NCBI GenBank assembly: GCA_002269645.1
Contig: NIVC01000886.1
Coordinates: 62,001 to 126,000 of the forward strand
Length of the DNA: 64,000 nucleotides
Direction: 5' to 3'
Source: Macrostomum lignano
Taxonomy: Eukaryota
Below the pieces are notes generated by a model. It did not search any database. It saw only the letters and a program-made list of their open reading frames with translations, and had not been told where the DNA came from. How positions within the stretch are numbered: position 1 is the first letter of the stretch; each line of letters begins with the position of its first letter. Below are positions 38,336 to 51,391 of the stretch, piece after piece. The position numbers and the translations under genes were made by a program.

Positions 38336-39138
38336 TGAGGTGGGGGTGGAGAAAAAATAAAATTTGAAATTCGGGTTGTCCGGGTTTCTTCGAAACCGGT
38401 TGGCATCGTGTTCGCATGAATTAAATCTGGAAATCGCGTAGACAAATCACAACGAACTTTTTCTCCTGTTTTACTCCGACAGCCAGGTTCTCAAGTCTGG
38501 GGGAAGGGTAGTCGTAATCGTAGTGGAGCGGTCGTTAGCGGCGCAGTTGTTCAAAGCGTTGAAAACACCAGAGGTTTCTGACTCCGTAAATTAATGCATC
38601 AATTATCTGAACTCGTTACTTTCAGTAGGGTAGTTGCTGCCACCACCGTAATTTATTATAAAGTATAAAGTATATTAGAGCAGGCTGAATAAGCAAAGCT
38701 AGATATTAATCACGACGCTACTTAGATAAAATCGGGGGCAAAACCAACCACGTAGAGCAGGAGAGAAAATTAAACTAAACAGCGCCCAACCTCCCAAAAC
38801 TAATAAAACAAGGAAAGAAAACCATTTAAAAAACATGCAAAATTCATTGCGATATATATATATAAAGGGTCATTGACCACACAACATGGACATGGGATGG
38901 ACATGTTTCAAGGGGGCAGAAAAATACGCAAAAGGACATGAGGCGGTGCGGCATAAAACACTTAAAAAAACAAAATAAAAAGCAAATCCCCATTACATGT
39001 GACAAACAAAACTGGAACAGACAGAAAAGAAACACCGCAACGGGAGTGACGTTATTCCATGTTAATGGCATACTGCGTGCACAATAAGTTCAAAATGTAA
39101 GTTTTCAGCTCATACTTCATGGCATCTCGCCTGCCACA
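38336..39138 (-). repeat. 5' LTR of the Gypsy element
   Basis: Aligns by eye to 29157-29939 except for a central block. Confidence 0.88.
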
Positions 39139-39552
39139 CTTTTCGTACAAAAGCCTTTCTTAGAAAACTCTACTTGTGAAGAGTGGCGCACACTCCGCAC
39201 AGACAATGCACAAATAGTGCATAGACGGCATATAGATGGCGCACAAATTGTCCCAAAAAATTGTTACGGCGCACACTGTACCACCTTCCTGACTATGGTT
39301 TTAAACAGGCCTTTAATGTCTGGAGTGACAAGGTAGAGACAGGGCAAGTGGCAATCGAGGCAAGGCAGGCCCCAAAGCAATTTGGGAATGCATTCTTCGA
39401 GTGTATTGATTAGAATTGATTGATTACAATTGATTAGAGAAATAAAAAAAGAAATATTTTAAGCAGCAACAGCACCCTCTCGCGCTGAGCTGAGCAACAT
39501 ATAAATATGCTCGTAAAGCACATGCACACCGGGGGTTAGGGGTGCTAGTCAG

Positions 39553-41144
39553 GGTTTCCATGCATTTTGGTGCCTATGCTTTTCGGTGCCAGGCATTTCG
39601 GTGCCCCAGTTTGCTTTTCGGTGCCCCAGTTTGCTTTTTGGTGCCCCAGTTTGCTTTTTGGTGCCAAACTTGAATATGACGCAAAATCAGTAATTGATAA
39701 GTTATATTAAGATATAAGGTATTATTTTCTCTGAAATCTGAAATAGCACAAAGCAACTTTGAAAAGGAAATTATTTAATTGAATTGGATGTTCCAACATG
39801 CAACTGTACATGTATACATGTACTGCTTGCTCCTGATATTCATTTTAGAGGCTACAGCTATGGCTTTCATCAAAATAGAGGAGGGAACAAGCATTATCGG
39901 TAAGGAAATCATGCCGCTGGGATATTACAAATATGTTTTGATGTCATGTTTTGTGTGTATCATTTTCTTTGTCATTAGATGCACCAAGAGAAGTGCATGG
40001 CAACCTTGCACAGCAACGGTGATCCAGCTGCCAGATGGCACTTTTTGACAAGGAAAAAGCTCCCATACCCATCCTCCAGTAGCCAATGCAGCAACGACAC
40101 GAGTGCTGATATGAAAGGCCAAACAGCAGGCAGAGGCATCTTTATTCACATCTACAACTGAAATCGCGGAGACGTGTCTATTACAGGCCCACCAGCAAGG
40201 CAACACGGCAAATTTGCCCAAGCCAGAGCGCGTAGCTCAAGCTTCCAATCGTGCCAGACAATGCAATAGACCAAAAGATCCACAGTCGTTGGATTTTGAG
40301 GTGGACGTAGGAGAGAATGGGATGCCTCCAGAGTTTCTCAGGTACATATGCAGTATGTGTGCTTACATGTACTTACATGAGCTATTAGTTACGATTGATT
40401 GTACAATGATTGTGTACAACTATATTCACACTTTCCTACAAAGTGGATATTAGAAGGCATGGGAAGTGCCACCTTCTCTTAGCCACAGACTACCAAATTA
40501 AGCTTTTGGAGAAGGCAACGACATGGTATGTGGATGGCACGTTTTTTTTGGTCAGGCATCCTTTCACGCAGCTCTGGGGTATTCATGCCTTCCTAAAGGA
40601 TGAAGCGGGTGACTACAATGTTAAACAGGTACATTGTGTACGTGTGTACATCTATCATAATGACTTCATGTCCCTTGAAATGCGCCACTTTACTTTTAGC
40701 TATCTGCAGTCGCTTTGTGGGATATTAACCAATATGACAATTTCATTCGATCAGCAACAATTTTAGCAGTTCTTTTAGGAATTTTATGACTTAATTTTAT
40801 CATTATGATATGTTTGTTATGATATCGATTAGTTGGACAATATGTTATTCGACTTAAATCATCCTTCTTTGTGATCGTTATACGTGTTTAAAGTACGAAT
40901 CAATCCTCGATTTGTTCTTTAAAACAAATTCATTGAAAAAAATTAATTTGGAAGACAAAAAATAAACTTGTTCAGTTATTCGTAATTGCCTTTGATTGAA
41001 TCTAGAATAACATGATTGACTTTTAGCTTCATTCCATATATTTGTTAAGCTGGGACCAAAAAGCAAAATGAGGCACCAAAAAGCAAACTGGGGCACCGAA
41101 ATGCCTGGCACTGAAAAGCACAGGCACCGAAAAGTGTGGATACC
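39553..41144 (+). mobile_element. Mutator-like (MULE) DNA transposon, internally deleted
   Basis: TIRs begin GGTTTCC.. and end ..GGATACC, with GGTGCC subrepeats. 8-bp TSD CTAGTCAG at 39545-39552 and 41145-41152. Transposase remnants: FLYWCH-like RCTKR..CTATV..HTH, RPKDPQSLDF, WYVDGTF..QLWGIHA. Confidence 0.85.
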
Positions 41145-42064
41145 CTAGTCAGCACATATGTACGGCGCGTAAAACTAGTACGAATACAAGGCAATAAAAA
41201 AGGGGGGCAGCAAGGCAAGGTCACTCCACCATTAAAACTAGGTAAAGCCCACTGCTTTACCCATCCAAAATTCAAGCTTAACCTCAAGGCACTGAGTCTA
41301 TTAGTTTATACTTAAAGAAAGTTAGACATGTTTGACAATTTTTTAGATAGTCATTTTCACTCATTTGCTTTTATTTTTATTTTTTGCTTTCTTATTACTG
41401 GAAATATATTGAATAGTCTAGAGATTTGCCTATATTTTCATACTTATATTTTGTTAAGTTTAAATACCCTATTTAGGCCTATCTATTCTAGACTAGACCA
41501 AGGTAAGAGGCCTAAACCAAAATGTGTTAAGCTTAATAAAATAAGCTTCTATCTTAGGCCTAATTGTATTTATATCTAAGAATTTTAAATTTAATTTTGC
41601 CACAACCAGTTTTTATGATATTTATATTTATAGCTAGGCCTAATTTAATTTGCTATAATTTTTAAAATTATTAATTATATTAAATTAAATGGCAATTGAA
41701 TAGTTTTACTATCATCCATTATAATATTAATTATAAATTAAATTACAACAACAGTAGTTTAATCTATCATTTGTCTAAATCCTAAGGACTTAAAGAGTTT
41801 ATATCATAAATGCTTTGAAAATAGCAATATTTATTCATTTCTATTGCTTTACACTCTACCCACCCATGAAATCAAGGACTCTAATAATTTTTTTAAGTCT
41901 TAGTAATTGAGTGGCAAATTTACTAGATATGAGAAATGTGTTCCTATAGCCATATCTATAGCTAAAATAGAACTCTAGTTTTCAGCCAATATTAGTATTA
42001 AGTAAAGGATTAATAAATTTTACTGTTTCAACTTCTAACTCAACAGTCAGTCAGTTGAGGCATC

Positions 42065-43856
42065 ATGCCATCCAAAGCAAAGAAAGCCATTGAGGAGGCC
42101 CTGGAAGAGGCCCGAATGCAATTGGACTTGGGCACCAAAGATATTGAGGACCTGTTGCGGCTACCTTATCTGTTGACTCATCAGTTCTTCCACGAGTCGC
42201 TGACTCATCTCACACTGTGTCACAACAAAATCTCCATCTTGCCCAAGGAGATCAGCGTTCTGGTGCAGCTGGAGCATCTAAATCTGTTTAATAATCATCT
42301 CACTGACATCTGTCCCGATATCACGCAGCTAAATAAGCTAAGAATACTCAACTTAGGCATGAACAGACTTACTCAACTGCCTAAGGGATTTGGAGCTTTT
42401 CCACTGTTGGAAATTCTCGATCTGAGTTATAACAACCTGAGCGAGACCAGCTTGCCTAATAATTTCTTTGAGTTGAACTCGCTTCGAGCTCTGTATCTGG
42501 GCGATAACGATTTTGAGCATATTCCTGCTCGAATACAGAATCTAACTGACCTGCAAGTGGTGAGTTTGGCTTGGTTTGTAGTGAGCAGTTTTGATCCCCA
42601 GTTACTCGTTACCCAGATCCCCATTGTATCCCGGAGCCTCAAAGATGTCCAAAATCTCTGTGGCGCTTTGAATTTCTAAGACGTTAACTGATCCCCCAAA
42701 CAGATCTCAAATACGTAGAAGATAACTCAGATCCCAAATTCCTAGAAGAAATCTCAGATCCCTTTAGAAAGATCCTAAATCCATAGAAGACATCTCAGAT
42801 CCCCTTAGAAAGATCCCAAATCCCTAGAAGACATCTCAGGTCAGATCCCTTCAGAAAGATCCCAAATCCCTAGAGGACATCTCAGATCCCTTCAAAAAGA
42901 TCCCAAATCCATAGAAGACATCTCAGATTCCCTTAGAAAGATCCCAAATCCCTAGAAGACATCTCAGGTCAGATCCCTTCAGAAAGATCCCAAATCCCTA
43001 GAGGACATCTCAGATCCCGTCAGAAAGATCCCAAATCCCTAGAAGACATCTCAGATCCCTTCAAAAAGATCCCAAATCCCTAGAAGACATCTCAGATCCC
43101 TTCAAAAAGATCTCAAATCCCAAGAAGACATCTCAGATCCCGTCAGAAAAATCCCAAATCCCTAGAATACATCTCAGATCCCTTCAGAAAGATCCCAAAT
43201 CCCTAGAAGACATCTCAGATCCCATTAAAAAGATCTCAAATCCCTAGAAGACATCTCAGATCCCGTCAGAAAGATCCCAAATCCCTAGAAGACTCTCAGA
43301 TCCCTTCAAAAATATCCCAAATCCCAAGAAGATCCTAAAAATAATCCTGATTCCAAAGTCAAATTCCAATATCTTTAGCATGTCTCAGATCTTATCAAAT
43401 AACCTGAAATCCCACCCTAGATCCCATGAAATCTCCAATTCCCAAATATCCCACTAAGCAACTGAAGCCCAAAAATCCCCACAATCCATAATTCTCCCCA
43501 ACCTCCCCTCCCCACCGACGCAGCTGTCGTTCCGCGACAACGACCTGGTCGACGTCCCGCCAGAGCTGGGCCGGTGCACCCAGCTGAGAGAGGTGCACCT
43601 GCAGGGCAACCGGCTGCTGGTGCTGCCGCCGGAGTTCGGCCAGCTGGACCTGACCGGCTCCAGGCAGGCTGTGAAGCTGGACAATAACCCCTGGATTGAG
43701 CTGATTGCCGACCAGCTGCTCATCGGGCCGTCTCACGTGATGGAGTACCTCAGAACCGATGCTTACCGCTTTCACTACACCCGCTTCATGGAGGTGAATC
43801 AGGCGCCTCCACCCAAGGCTAATAAGTCCAAGAAGATTAGCAGAAAGCTGAATTGA
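42065..43856 (+). CDS. RSU1: Ras suppressor protein 1 (LRR protein)
   Basis: Exons 42065-42559 and 43524-43856 join in frame. LRRs LTLCHNKI, LNLFNNHL, LNLGMNRL..PKGFGAFPLLEILDLSYNNL; C-terminus NNPWIELIADQ..SHVMEYLRTDAYRFHY..KSKKISRK. Confidence 0.95.
42700..43330. repeat. Intronic ~41-nt minisatellite (TCTCAGATCCCTTCAGAAAGATCCCAAATCCCTAGAAGACA)
   Basis: Read directly; RSU1 intron. Confidence 0.93.
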
Positions 43857-43969
43857 TGTGAATTGATTGCCATGATTGACAAGTATTGACATGCACTGAC
43901 AGTAAATTGCCTGCAATGTTATAAATATGATATGATTCTGCTTTGATTGCTTTTTGCTGCTTCCAGTTA

Positions 43970-44950
43970 ATATAGATCTGTCAGTTGGTCTAGATCTGTC
44001 AGTTAATATAGATCTGTCAGTTAATATAGATCTGTCAGCTGGTCTAGATCTGTCAGTTAATATAGATCTGTCAGTTAATATAGATCTGTCAGTTAATATA
44101 GATCTGTCAGTTAATATAGATCTGTCAGTTAATATAGATCTGTCAGCTGGTCTAGATCTGTCAGTTAATATAGATCTGTCAGCTGGTCTAGATCTGTCAG
44201 TTTGGTCTAGATCTGTCAGCTGGCCTAGATCTGTCAGCTGGTCTAGATCTGTCAGTTAATAAAGATCTGTCAGCTGGTCTAGATCTGTCAGTTTGGTCTA
44301 GATCTGTCAGCTGGTCTAGATCTGTCAGCTGGTCTCTAGATCTGTCAGCTGGTCTAGATCTGTCAGCTGGCCTAGATCTGTCAGCTGGTCTCTAGATCTG
44401 TCAGCTGGTCTCTAGATCTGTCAGCTGGTCTCTAGATCTGTCAGCTGGTCTAGATCTGTCAGCTGGTCTAGATCTGTCAGCTGGCCTAGATCTGTCAGCT
44501 GGTCTAGATCTGTCAGCTGGTCTCTAGATCTGTCAGCTGGTCTAGATCTGTCAGCTAGTCTAGATCTGTCAGCTGGTCTAGATCTGTCAGTTGGTCTAGA
44601 TCTGTCAGTTGGTCTAGATCTGTCAGTTGGTCTAGATCTGTCAGCTGGTCTAGATCTGTCAGTTGGTCTAGATCTGTCAGTTGGTCTAGATCTGTCAGTT
44701 GGTCTAGATCTGTCAGCTGGTATAAATCTGTCAGTTGGTCTAGATCTGTCAGTTGGTCTAGATCTGTCAGTTGGTCTAGATCTGTCAGTTGGTCTAGATC
44801 TGTCAGTTGGTCTAGATCTGTCAGCTGGTCTAGATCTGTCAGTTGGTCTAGATCTGTCAGTTGGTCTAGATCTGTCAGCTGGTATAAATCTGTCAGTTGG
44901 TCTAGATCTGTCAGCTGGTATAAATCTGTCAGTTGGTCTAGATCTGTCAG
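43970..44950. repeat. 18-20-nt minisatellite (AGATCTGTCAGCTGGTCT / AGATCTGTCAGTTAATAT)
   Basis: Read directly, just 3' of the RSU1 stop. Confidence 0.95.
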
Positions 44951-45597
44951 TATATAAAAATGTCAATACATTTCTAATGCAGATGTCAATTTAACAATAA
45001 ATTTTTCTTAAGATTTAAACAAAAACCATTGAACATCAGCTGCAAAAGTGCATCTGTGGTTTTACGTTCATCCGTTAATAATTTTATCCTGTCTGCATAA
45101 AGTTTTGGATTTTCTTTTGAGGCAATTTTTCTATTCATTTTTTTGTAAAAAATAATACTAATGATACTACTGAATAATTTATTGTCTAGTTCGCTTATAT
45201 TTTAATCCAATATGCATCAGTTACATGCAATCTTGATCAGCTGTTTTTTACTCTACAAAATTAGTTTATGAATGGGAATCTCTGCTATTGTAATCAGAGC
45301 TGTTTAAAAGGCATTATAGTGCAATAGTTGATTCATTTGTTCAACAGTTTTTGGGGATATTTTACTAGTCTCTGCTCTGAGTGATGCTTGGTACCTTATT
45401 TATATAGTAATATGAATAAATAAGTAGTTACACCTATTGCTTGCTTTTATGTTCAAAAAGCATATTTATTTTTAATGTTATTCATTTTTAGATATTCTTA
45501 AACCAGTATATATTAAACTCATTATGATATTATAAGCTTTTGAATGCAAATGTGGAATTGTTTTAGTTATTTTATTTTTTATGCTTCTTAAGCCACC

Positions 45598-46210
45598 AAG
45601 TCACCCCCATGAGAATCGCCCTCAGTCACCCCACGAGAATCGCTCTCAGTCACCCCCATGAGAATCGCCCTCAGTCACCCCACGAGAATCGCTCTCAGTC
45701 ACCCCCATGAGAATCGCCCTCAGTCACCCCCGTGAGAATCGCCCTCAGTCACCCCCATGAGAATCGCCCTCAGTCACCCCCGTGAGAATCGCCCTCAGTC
45801 ACCCCCATGAGAATCGCCCTCAGTCACCCCATGAGAATCGCCCTCAGTCACCCCCATGAGAATCGCCCTCAGTCACCCCCATGAGAATCACCCTCAGTCA
45901 CCCCCATGAGAATCGCCCTCAGTCACCCCCATGAGAATCGCCCTCAGTCACCTCCATGAGAATCGCCCTCAGTCACCCCACGAGAATCGCTCTCAGTCAA
46001 CCCCATGAGAATCACCCTCAGTCACCCCATAAGAATCGCCCTCAGTCACCCCATGAGAATCGCCCTCAGTCACCCCATAAGAATCGCCCTCAGTCACCCC
46101 ATGAAAATCGCCCTCAGTCACCCCATGAGAATCGCCCTCAGTCACCCCATGAAAATCGCCCTCAGTCACCCCATGAAAATCGCCCTCAGTCACCCCATGA
46201 GAATCGCCAT
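45598..46210. repeat. 24-25-nt minisatellite (CAGTCACCCCCATGAGAATCGCCCT)
   Basis: Read directly, upstream of ROMO1. Confidence 0.95.
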
Positions 46211-46304
46211 GACAACTCAGTCGCTCAGCCCCATCATCATCAAACTCTCTCCTGCACCCCTTGACCCCGCAGCGCCCCAGCATCCGTCATCATCACTCCT
46301 CATC

Positions 46305-46541
46305 ATGCCGGCAGTCCAGCCTCGCGGTGCCCAAGGTCCCTCCTGTTTCGACCGGGTGAAGCTCGGCTTCCTGATGGGCTTCTCAGTTGGAGTGGGCGGC
46401 GGCCTCATATTCGGCACATTCGGCGGTCTCAGGATGGGCTACCGAGGCCGCGAACTCGTGCGGCTGGTGGGCAGTCGGATGCTGCAGGGTGGCGGCAGCT
46501 TTGGGCTGTTCCTGTCTATTGGCACCCTGATCCGGTGTTGA
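46305..46541 (+). CDS. ROMO1: Reactive oxygen species modulator 1 (Romo1/Mgr2), 78 aa
   Basis: MPAVQPRGAQGPSCFDRVKLGFLMGFSVGVGGGLIFGTFGGLRMGYRGRELV..GGSFGLFLSIGTLIRC. The true ATG lies inside the longer repeat-derived ORF 46005-46541. Confidence 0.95.
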   Translation: MPAVQPRGAQGPSCFDRVKLGFLMGFSVGVGGGLIFGTFGGLRMGYRGRELVRLVGSRMLQGGGSFGLFLSIGTLIRC

Positions 46542-46559
46542 TTGCGGAGCTGCTGTCTG

Positions 46560-47595
46560 ACTAACTGTCTGGTGTCTGACTCTTTGGTGTCTGACTCTCT
46601 GGTGTCTGACTGTCTGGTGTCTGACTCTCTGGTGTGTGACTCTCTGGTGTCTGACTCTCTGGTGTGTTACTCTCTGGTGTCTGACTCTCTGCTGTGTCTG
46701 ACTGTCTGGTGTCTCTGACTCTCTGGTGTCTGACTCTCTGGTGTCTGACTCTCTGGTGTGTGACTCTAGTGTCTGACTCTCTGGTGTCTGACTCTCTGGT
46801 GTCTGACTCTCTGGTGTGTTACTCTCTGGTCTCTGACTCTCTGCTGTGTCTGACTGTCTGGTGTCTCTGACTCTCTGGTGTCTGACTCTCTGGTGTCTGA
46901 CTCCCTGGTGTGTGACTCTCTAGTGTCTGACTCTCTGGTGTGTGACTCTCTGGTGTCTGACTGTCTGGTGTCTGACTGTCTGGTGTCTGACTCTCTGGTG
47001 TCTGACTCTCTGGTGTGTGACTCTCTGGTGTGTGACTCTCTAGTGTCTGACTCTCTGGTGTCTGACTCTCTGGTGTCTGACTCCCTGGTGTCTGACTCTC
47101 TGGTGTCTGACTCTCTGGTGTCTGACTCTCTGGTGTGTGACTCTCTGGTGTCTGACTGTCTGGTGTCTGACTCTCTGGTGTCTGACTCTCTGGTGTCTGA
47201 CTCTCTGGTGTCTGACTCTCTGGTGTGTGACTCTCTAGTGTGTGACTCTCTGGTGTGTGACTCTCTGGTGTCTGACACTCTGGTGTCTGACTCTCTGGTG
47301 TGTGACTCTCTAGTGTGTGACTCTCTGGTGTGTGACTCTCTGGTGTCTGACACTCTGGTGTCTGACTCTCTGGTGTGTGACTCTCTGGTGTCTGACACTC
47401 TGGTGTCTGACTCTCTGGTGTGTGACTCTCTAGTGTGTGACTCTCTGGTGTGTGACTCTCTGGTGTCTGACTCTCTGGTGTGTGACTCTCTGGTGTCTGA
47501 CACTCTGGTGTCTGACTCTCTGGTGTGTGACTCTCTGGTGTCTGACTCTCTGGTGTCTGACACTCTGGTGTCTGACTCTCTGGTGTGTGAGTGTG
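46560..47595. repeat. 15-nt minisatellite (TCTGACTCTCTGGTG)
   Basis: Read directly. Confidence 0.97.
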
Positions 47596-49067
47596 ACTAA
47601 TTCCTGTCTGACTCTGTGTCAGCCCTGAGTGTCTCACTAATCAGGCAGTCAGTCAGAGCCCAGCTGCCACACACGGAAAGCAGCAGAAATTTCCAGCCTA
47701 ATTGTGAAGCAAAAGCTAAAATTATTGCCTGCACCAATGTCCCTCGGTTTTGATTGGCCTTCCATTGTAGTTTCCGTTTTCATGCAGCAGAGGCTTCTGA
47801 CTTGAGTTCGGATATTGTTTGCCATCCCAGTGATAAATTCGGTCAGAAAATATAAAATGTTAAATTGCTCTACTCTGTACTGTCAGTAGTTAAAGTTGCT
47901 TTGTTATAATATGTAGCATTTTGCCTGCCTATTTCTATATTAATTTGCAAATAAACTTGAGAACAACAAAAATGATTTGTGCATGAATTACGTTTGTCTC
48001 CTGGCCATGAAGTTAAACTCGATATCTTTAAATGATGCTTCAAATGATGTTCTTTGACAAACTTTTGTTTCATTGTTGTCGAATTAGCCGCAACGTGCTT
48101 TGATTGACAAGCCCGGGATGTCTCTCTGGTGCGTATGAGGGAGCGAGGTGAGCATGTAAAACTCAACCCCACCGCTAATTCACAACTCCCAACAGCACAA
48201 CCCGCCACAGCTCACTCTCCAACGCCCACTGCTTACTCCCGAGCGCCCCCCCCTCCCCAAAAACATTCACAACTAGTAGATTGACGATTTTTGACGTACT
48301 TTGGGATTTACATGTACAGAGCTAGAAGTGTCGGAGTTGAACTTCCTATTGTGAATTGTGAATCGTCGGCAATTCAAGTGGAAATCAGCCATAAAAAGTC
48401 TTTGTCAAACTAGCAACAACAAAGAGCTGAAATACAGGAGCACTCTAAGGGCCTATCAGATAGCTGCACAACGCACGTAACGTGATGTTGATATTTAAGA
48501 GCCTTAGGTATCTATAAGTGAGGCGATAGAGGAGATTTAAATGTCAATGCTTAGATATCAGCTAGTAAAGAAAAATGTCACTGAAAAACGATTTCAAAGG
48601 TACCTGGCTTTTTAAAAGCAAGCGCGGGCGCTCAAGTCCTCAAGACACGCAATTAAGTGTGTTTACTTTAAACCTCTGCAAGAAACTTAAATATTTAAAC
48701 AAATAAAATGCGAGCTATAGCTATTCAAAGCCTGAATCAAACTCTGCTGGGCAAAAGATTCATGAGTGCCTTTTATAGCTGAAATTCGGGGCCAGTCAGC
48801 AGAAATTCATGTAGCTGTGATTTTGTGATCCCCAGCTTTTTCTTGTGTTTCTTCATGAATTCCTAAAAAATCCTTAAAATTGATGCAATTTTGACCAAAA
48901 AATAAATTTTGACCTCCCACTTTTTGGTTGAAAAAATGTAGAAAAATTCGAATCCATATTATTGCTTGAAGTTTTTTCAATGAAAACGAATTAAAAATAT
49001 TTCATTTTATCTTTTCTACAAAATATAAAACGCAATTTACAAAGGCAATTTTTAGCTTTTACACTCT

Positions 49068-50475
49068 TGTCACTCTGGGCTGGGACCTGAGCTCTGTGAT
49101 CTGTCACTCTGGGCTGGGACCTGAGCTCTGTGATCTGTCACTCTGGGCTGGGACCTGAGCACTGTGATCTGTCTCTCTGGGCTGGGACCTGAGCACTGTG
49201 ATCTGTCACTCTGGGCTGGGACCTGAGCTCTGTGATCTGTCACTCTGTGCTGGGACCTGAGCACTGATCTGTCACTCTGGGCTGGGACCTGAGCTCTGTG
49301 ATCTGTCACTCTGTGCTGGGACCTGAGATCTGTGATCTGTCACTCTGGGCTGGGACCTGAGCTCTGTGATCTGTCACTCTGTGCTGGGACCTGAGATCTG
49401 TGATCTGTCACTCTGTGCTGGGACCTGAGATCTGTGATCTGTCACTCTGGGCTGGGACCTGAGCACTGTGATCTGTCACTCTGGGCTGGGACCTGAGCAC
49501 TGTGATCTGTCACTCTGGGCTGGGACCTGAGCACTGTGATCTGTCACTCTGGGCTGGGACCTGAGCACTGTGATCTGTCACTCTGGGCTGGGACCTGAGC
49601 ACTGTGATCTGTCACTCTGGGCTGGGACCTGAGCACTGTGATCTGTCACTCTGGGCTGGGACCTGAGCTCTGTGATCTGTCACTCTGGGCTGGGACCTGA
49701 GCACTGTGATCTGTCTCTCTGGGCTGGGACCTGAGCTCTGTGATCTGTCACTCTGGGCTGGGACCTGAGCACTGTGATCTGTCACTCTGGGCTGGGACCT
49801 GAGCTCTGTGATCTGTCACTCTGGGCTGGGACCTGAGCACTGTGATCTGTCTCTCTGGGCTGGGACCTGAGCACTGTGATCTGTCACTCTGGGCTGGGAC
49901 CTGAGCTCTGTGATCTGTCACTCTGTGCTGGGACCTGAGCACTGATCTGTCACTCTGGGCTGGGACCTGAGCTCTGTGATCTGTCACTCTGTGCTGGGAC
50001 CTGAGATCTGTGATCTGTCACTCTGGGCTGGGACCTGAGCTCTGTGATCTGTCACTCTGTGCTGGGACCTGAGATCTGTGATCTGTCACTCTGTGCTGGG
50101 ACCTGAGATCTGTGATCTGTCACTCTGGGCTGGGACCTGAGCACTGTGATCTGTCACTCTGGGCTGGGACCTGAGCACTGTGATCTGTCACTCTGGGCTG
50201 GGACCTGAGCACTGTGATCTGTCACTCTGGGCTGGGACCTGAGCACTGTGATCTGTCACTCTGGGCTGGGACCTGAGCACTGTGATCTGTCACTCTGGGC
50301 TGGGACCTGAGCACTGTGATCTGTCACTCTGGGCTGGGACCTGAGCACTGTGATCTGTCACTCTGGGCTGGGACCTGAGCACTGTGATCTGTCACTCTGG
50401 GCTGGGACCTGAGCACTGTGATCTGTCACTCTGGGCTGGGACCTGAGCACTGTGATCTGTCACTCTGGGCTGGGA
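49068..50475. repeat. 34-nt minisatellite (GTCACTCTGGGCTGGGACCTGAGCACTGTGATCT) with a higher-order duplication
   Basis: Read directly; the variant pattern recurs 678 nt apart. Confidence 0.97.
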
Positions 50476-51391
50476 TCTGCGCACTTGGGCTTTGGGCGAC
50501 AGCGAGGGGCGCCGGTCTCGGACGCCACCGGGCGCCATTCTGCTGCTGGTTGCCGTCTTGACGGCATCAACGCGGAGGCGCCAGCAGCGCACCTGAGCCC
50601 TTTGTCTCAATTCGCACTGGAAGGAGTGGCGGGTCGGCAGTGAGGGTGAGACAGAGAGAGAGGGGCAGAGAGCCGAGCTGCTTGCCAACCAACTGGCTGA
50701 AGCTGCGGCAGTTGAGATGCCGTGCAGCGGCAGAGTGGGAGAGTAAAATCTCACCAAGGCTGGTTAACTTCCCTTTCTCCCCTCCCCTGCTTCTCCCTCT
50801 CTTCCTTCTCACTCGCACAAATACCCCGTACAGTTAAACGCCCACTGAAACCGATGCACTGAGAGATTGAGCAGCATTGTGCACTTCTCAGTAGGCCATT
50901 GAATGCTTCAAAAGATCTCAGACTGCACTGAGGCACAATGGGTCAGCTCGGCCTTATCAACTACAGCTTGTGATGGCCGCTGCAGCCACAGCTTCTCCGT
51001 GGCCATCCTGGGACCCCTGAAGTGCTTGGGGGAGGGGCGGTCTAGCGCTCATTCTCAGGAGAGAAGTTTCGGTTGCTACGGTGAAAGGGGGTGGTCGGCC
51101 TCACCAGAGACTCAAAAGGTGGGAAGCTGAGAGATGAGGCGGTAAAAACTTTCTGGCAGCCGGCTGCACAAACCTTTGAAACACCTGCCACTCTGACAGC
51201 AGCCGTGACTCAGTGACTGACATCTGCCACTCTGACAGCAGCCGCGACTGACATCTGCCACTCTGACAGCAGAAAAGAATCACTGACAGTAAAAGTTGAT
51301 TAAAGAAGTACAGTGATAAAAAACAATAAATTATTCGTGACAAGCAAAAATATTCTTTCTTGATCAAGCCATCTCTGCCGCACCCAAGAAA

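Larger units (their letters stand above)
29157..39138 (-). mobile_element. Ty3/Gypsy LTR retrotransposon, full-length but decayed
   Basis: Direct-repeat LTRs 38336-39138 and 29157-29939 (minus strand TGTGGC...CA; the outer TG of the 3' LTR reads TA). 4-bp TSD CTTT at 29153-29156 and 39139-39142. Domain order gag-PR-RT-RH-IN. Confidence 0.92.
28749..39299. mobile_element. Small non-autonomous TIR element (~570 bp) split by the Gypsy insertion
   Basis: Left end TTTAAA|CCCATA(GGCCTA)GTCAAGAAGGTGG versus reverse complement of the right end TTTAAA|ACCATAGTCAGGAAGGTGG. TTTAAA flanks both ends, and GCGCACA-type subterminal repeats occur on both sides. Confidence 0.6.

Noticed and set aside
38269-38445. 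N-terminal extension of the gag ORF in the track
   Set aside because: It runs through the PBS and LTR; the plausible start is the ATG at 38268.
46766-47637. Long ORFs (SDTRE, TPESQ, SDSLV repeats)
   Set aside because: Artefacts of the 15-nt minisatellite.
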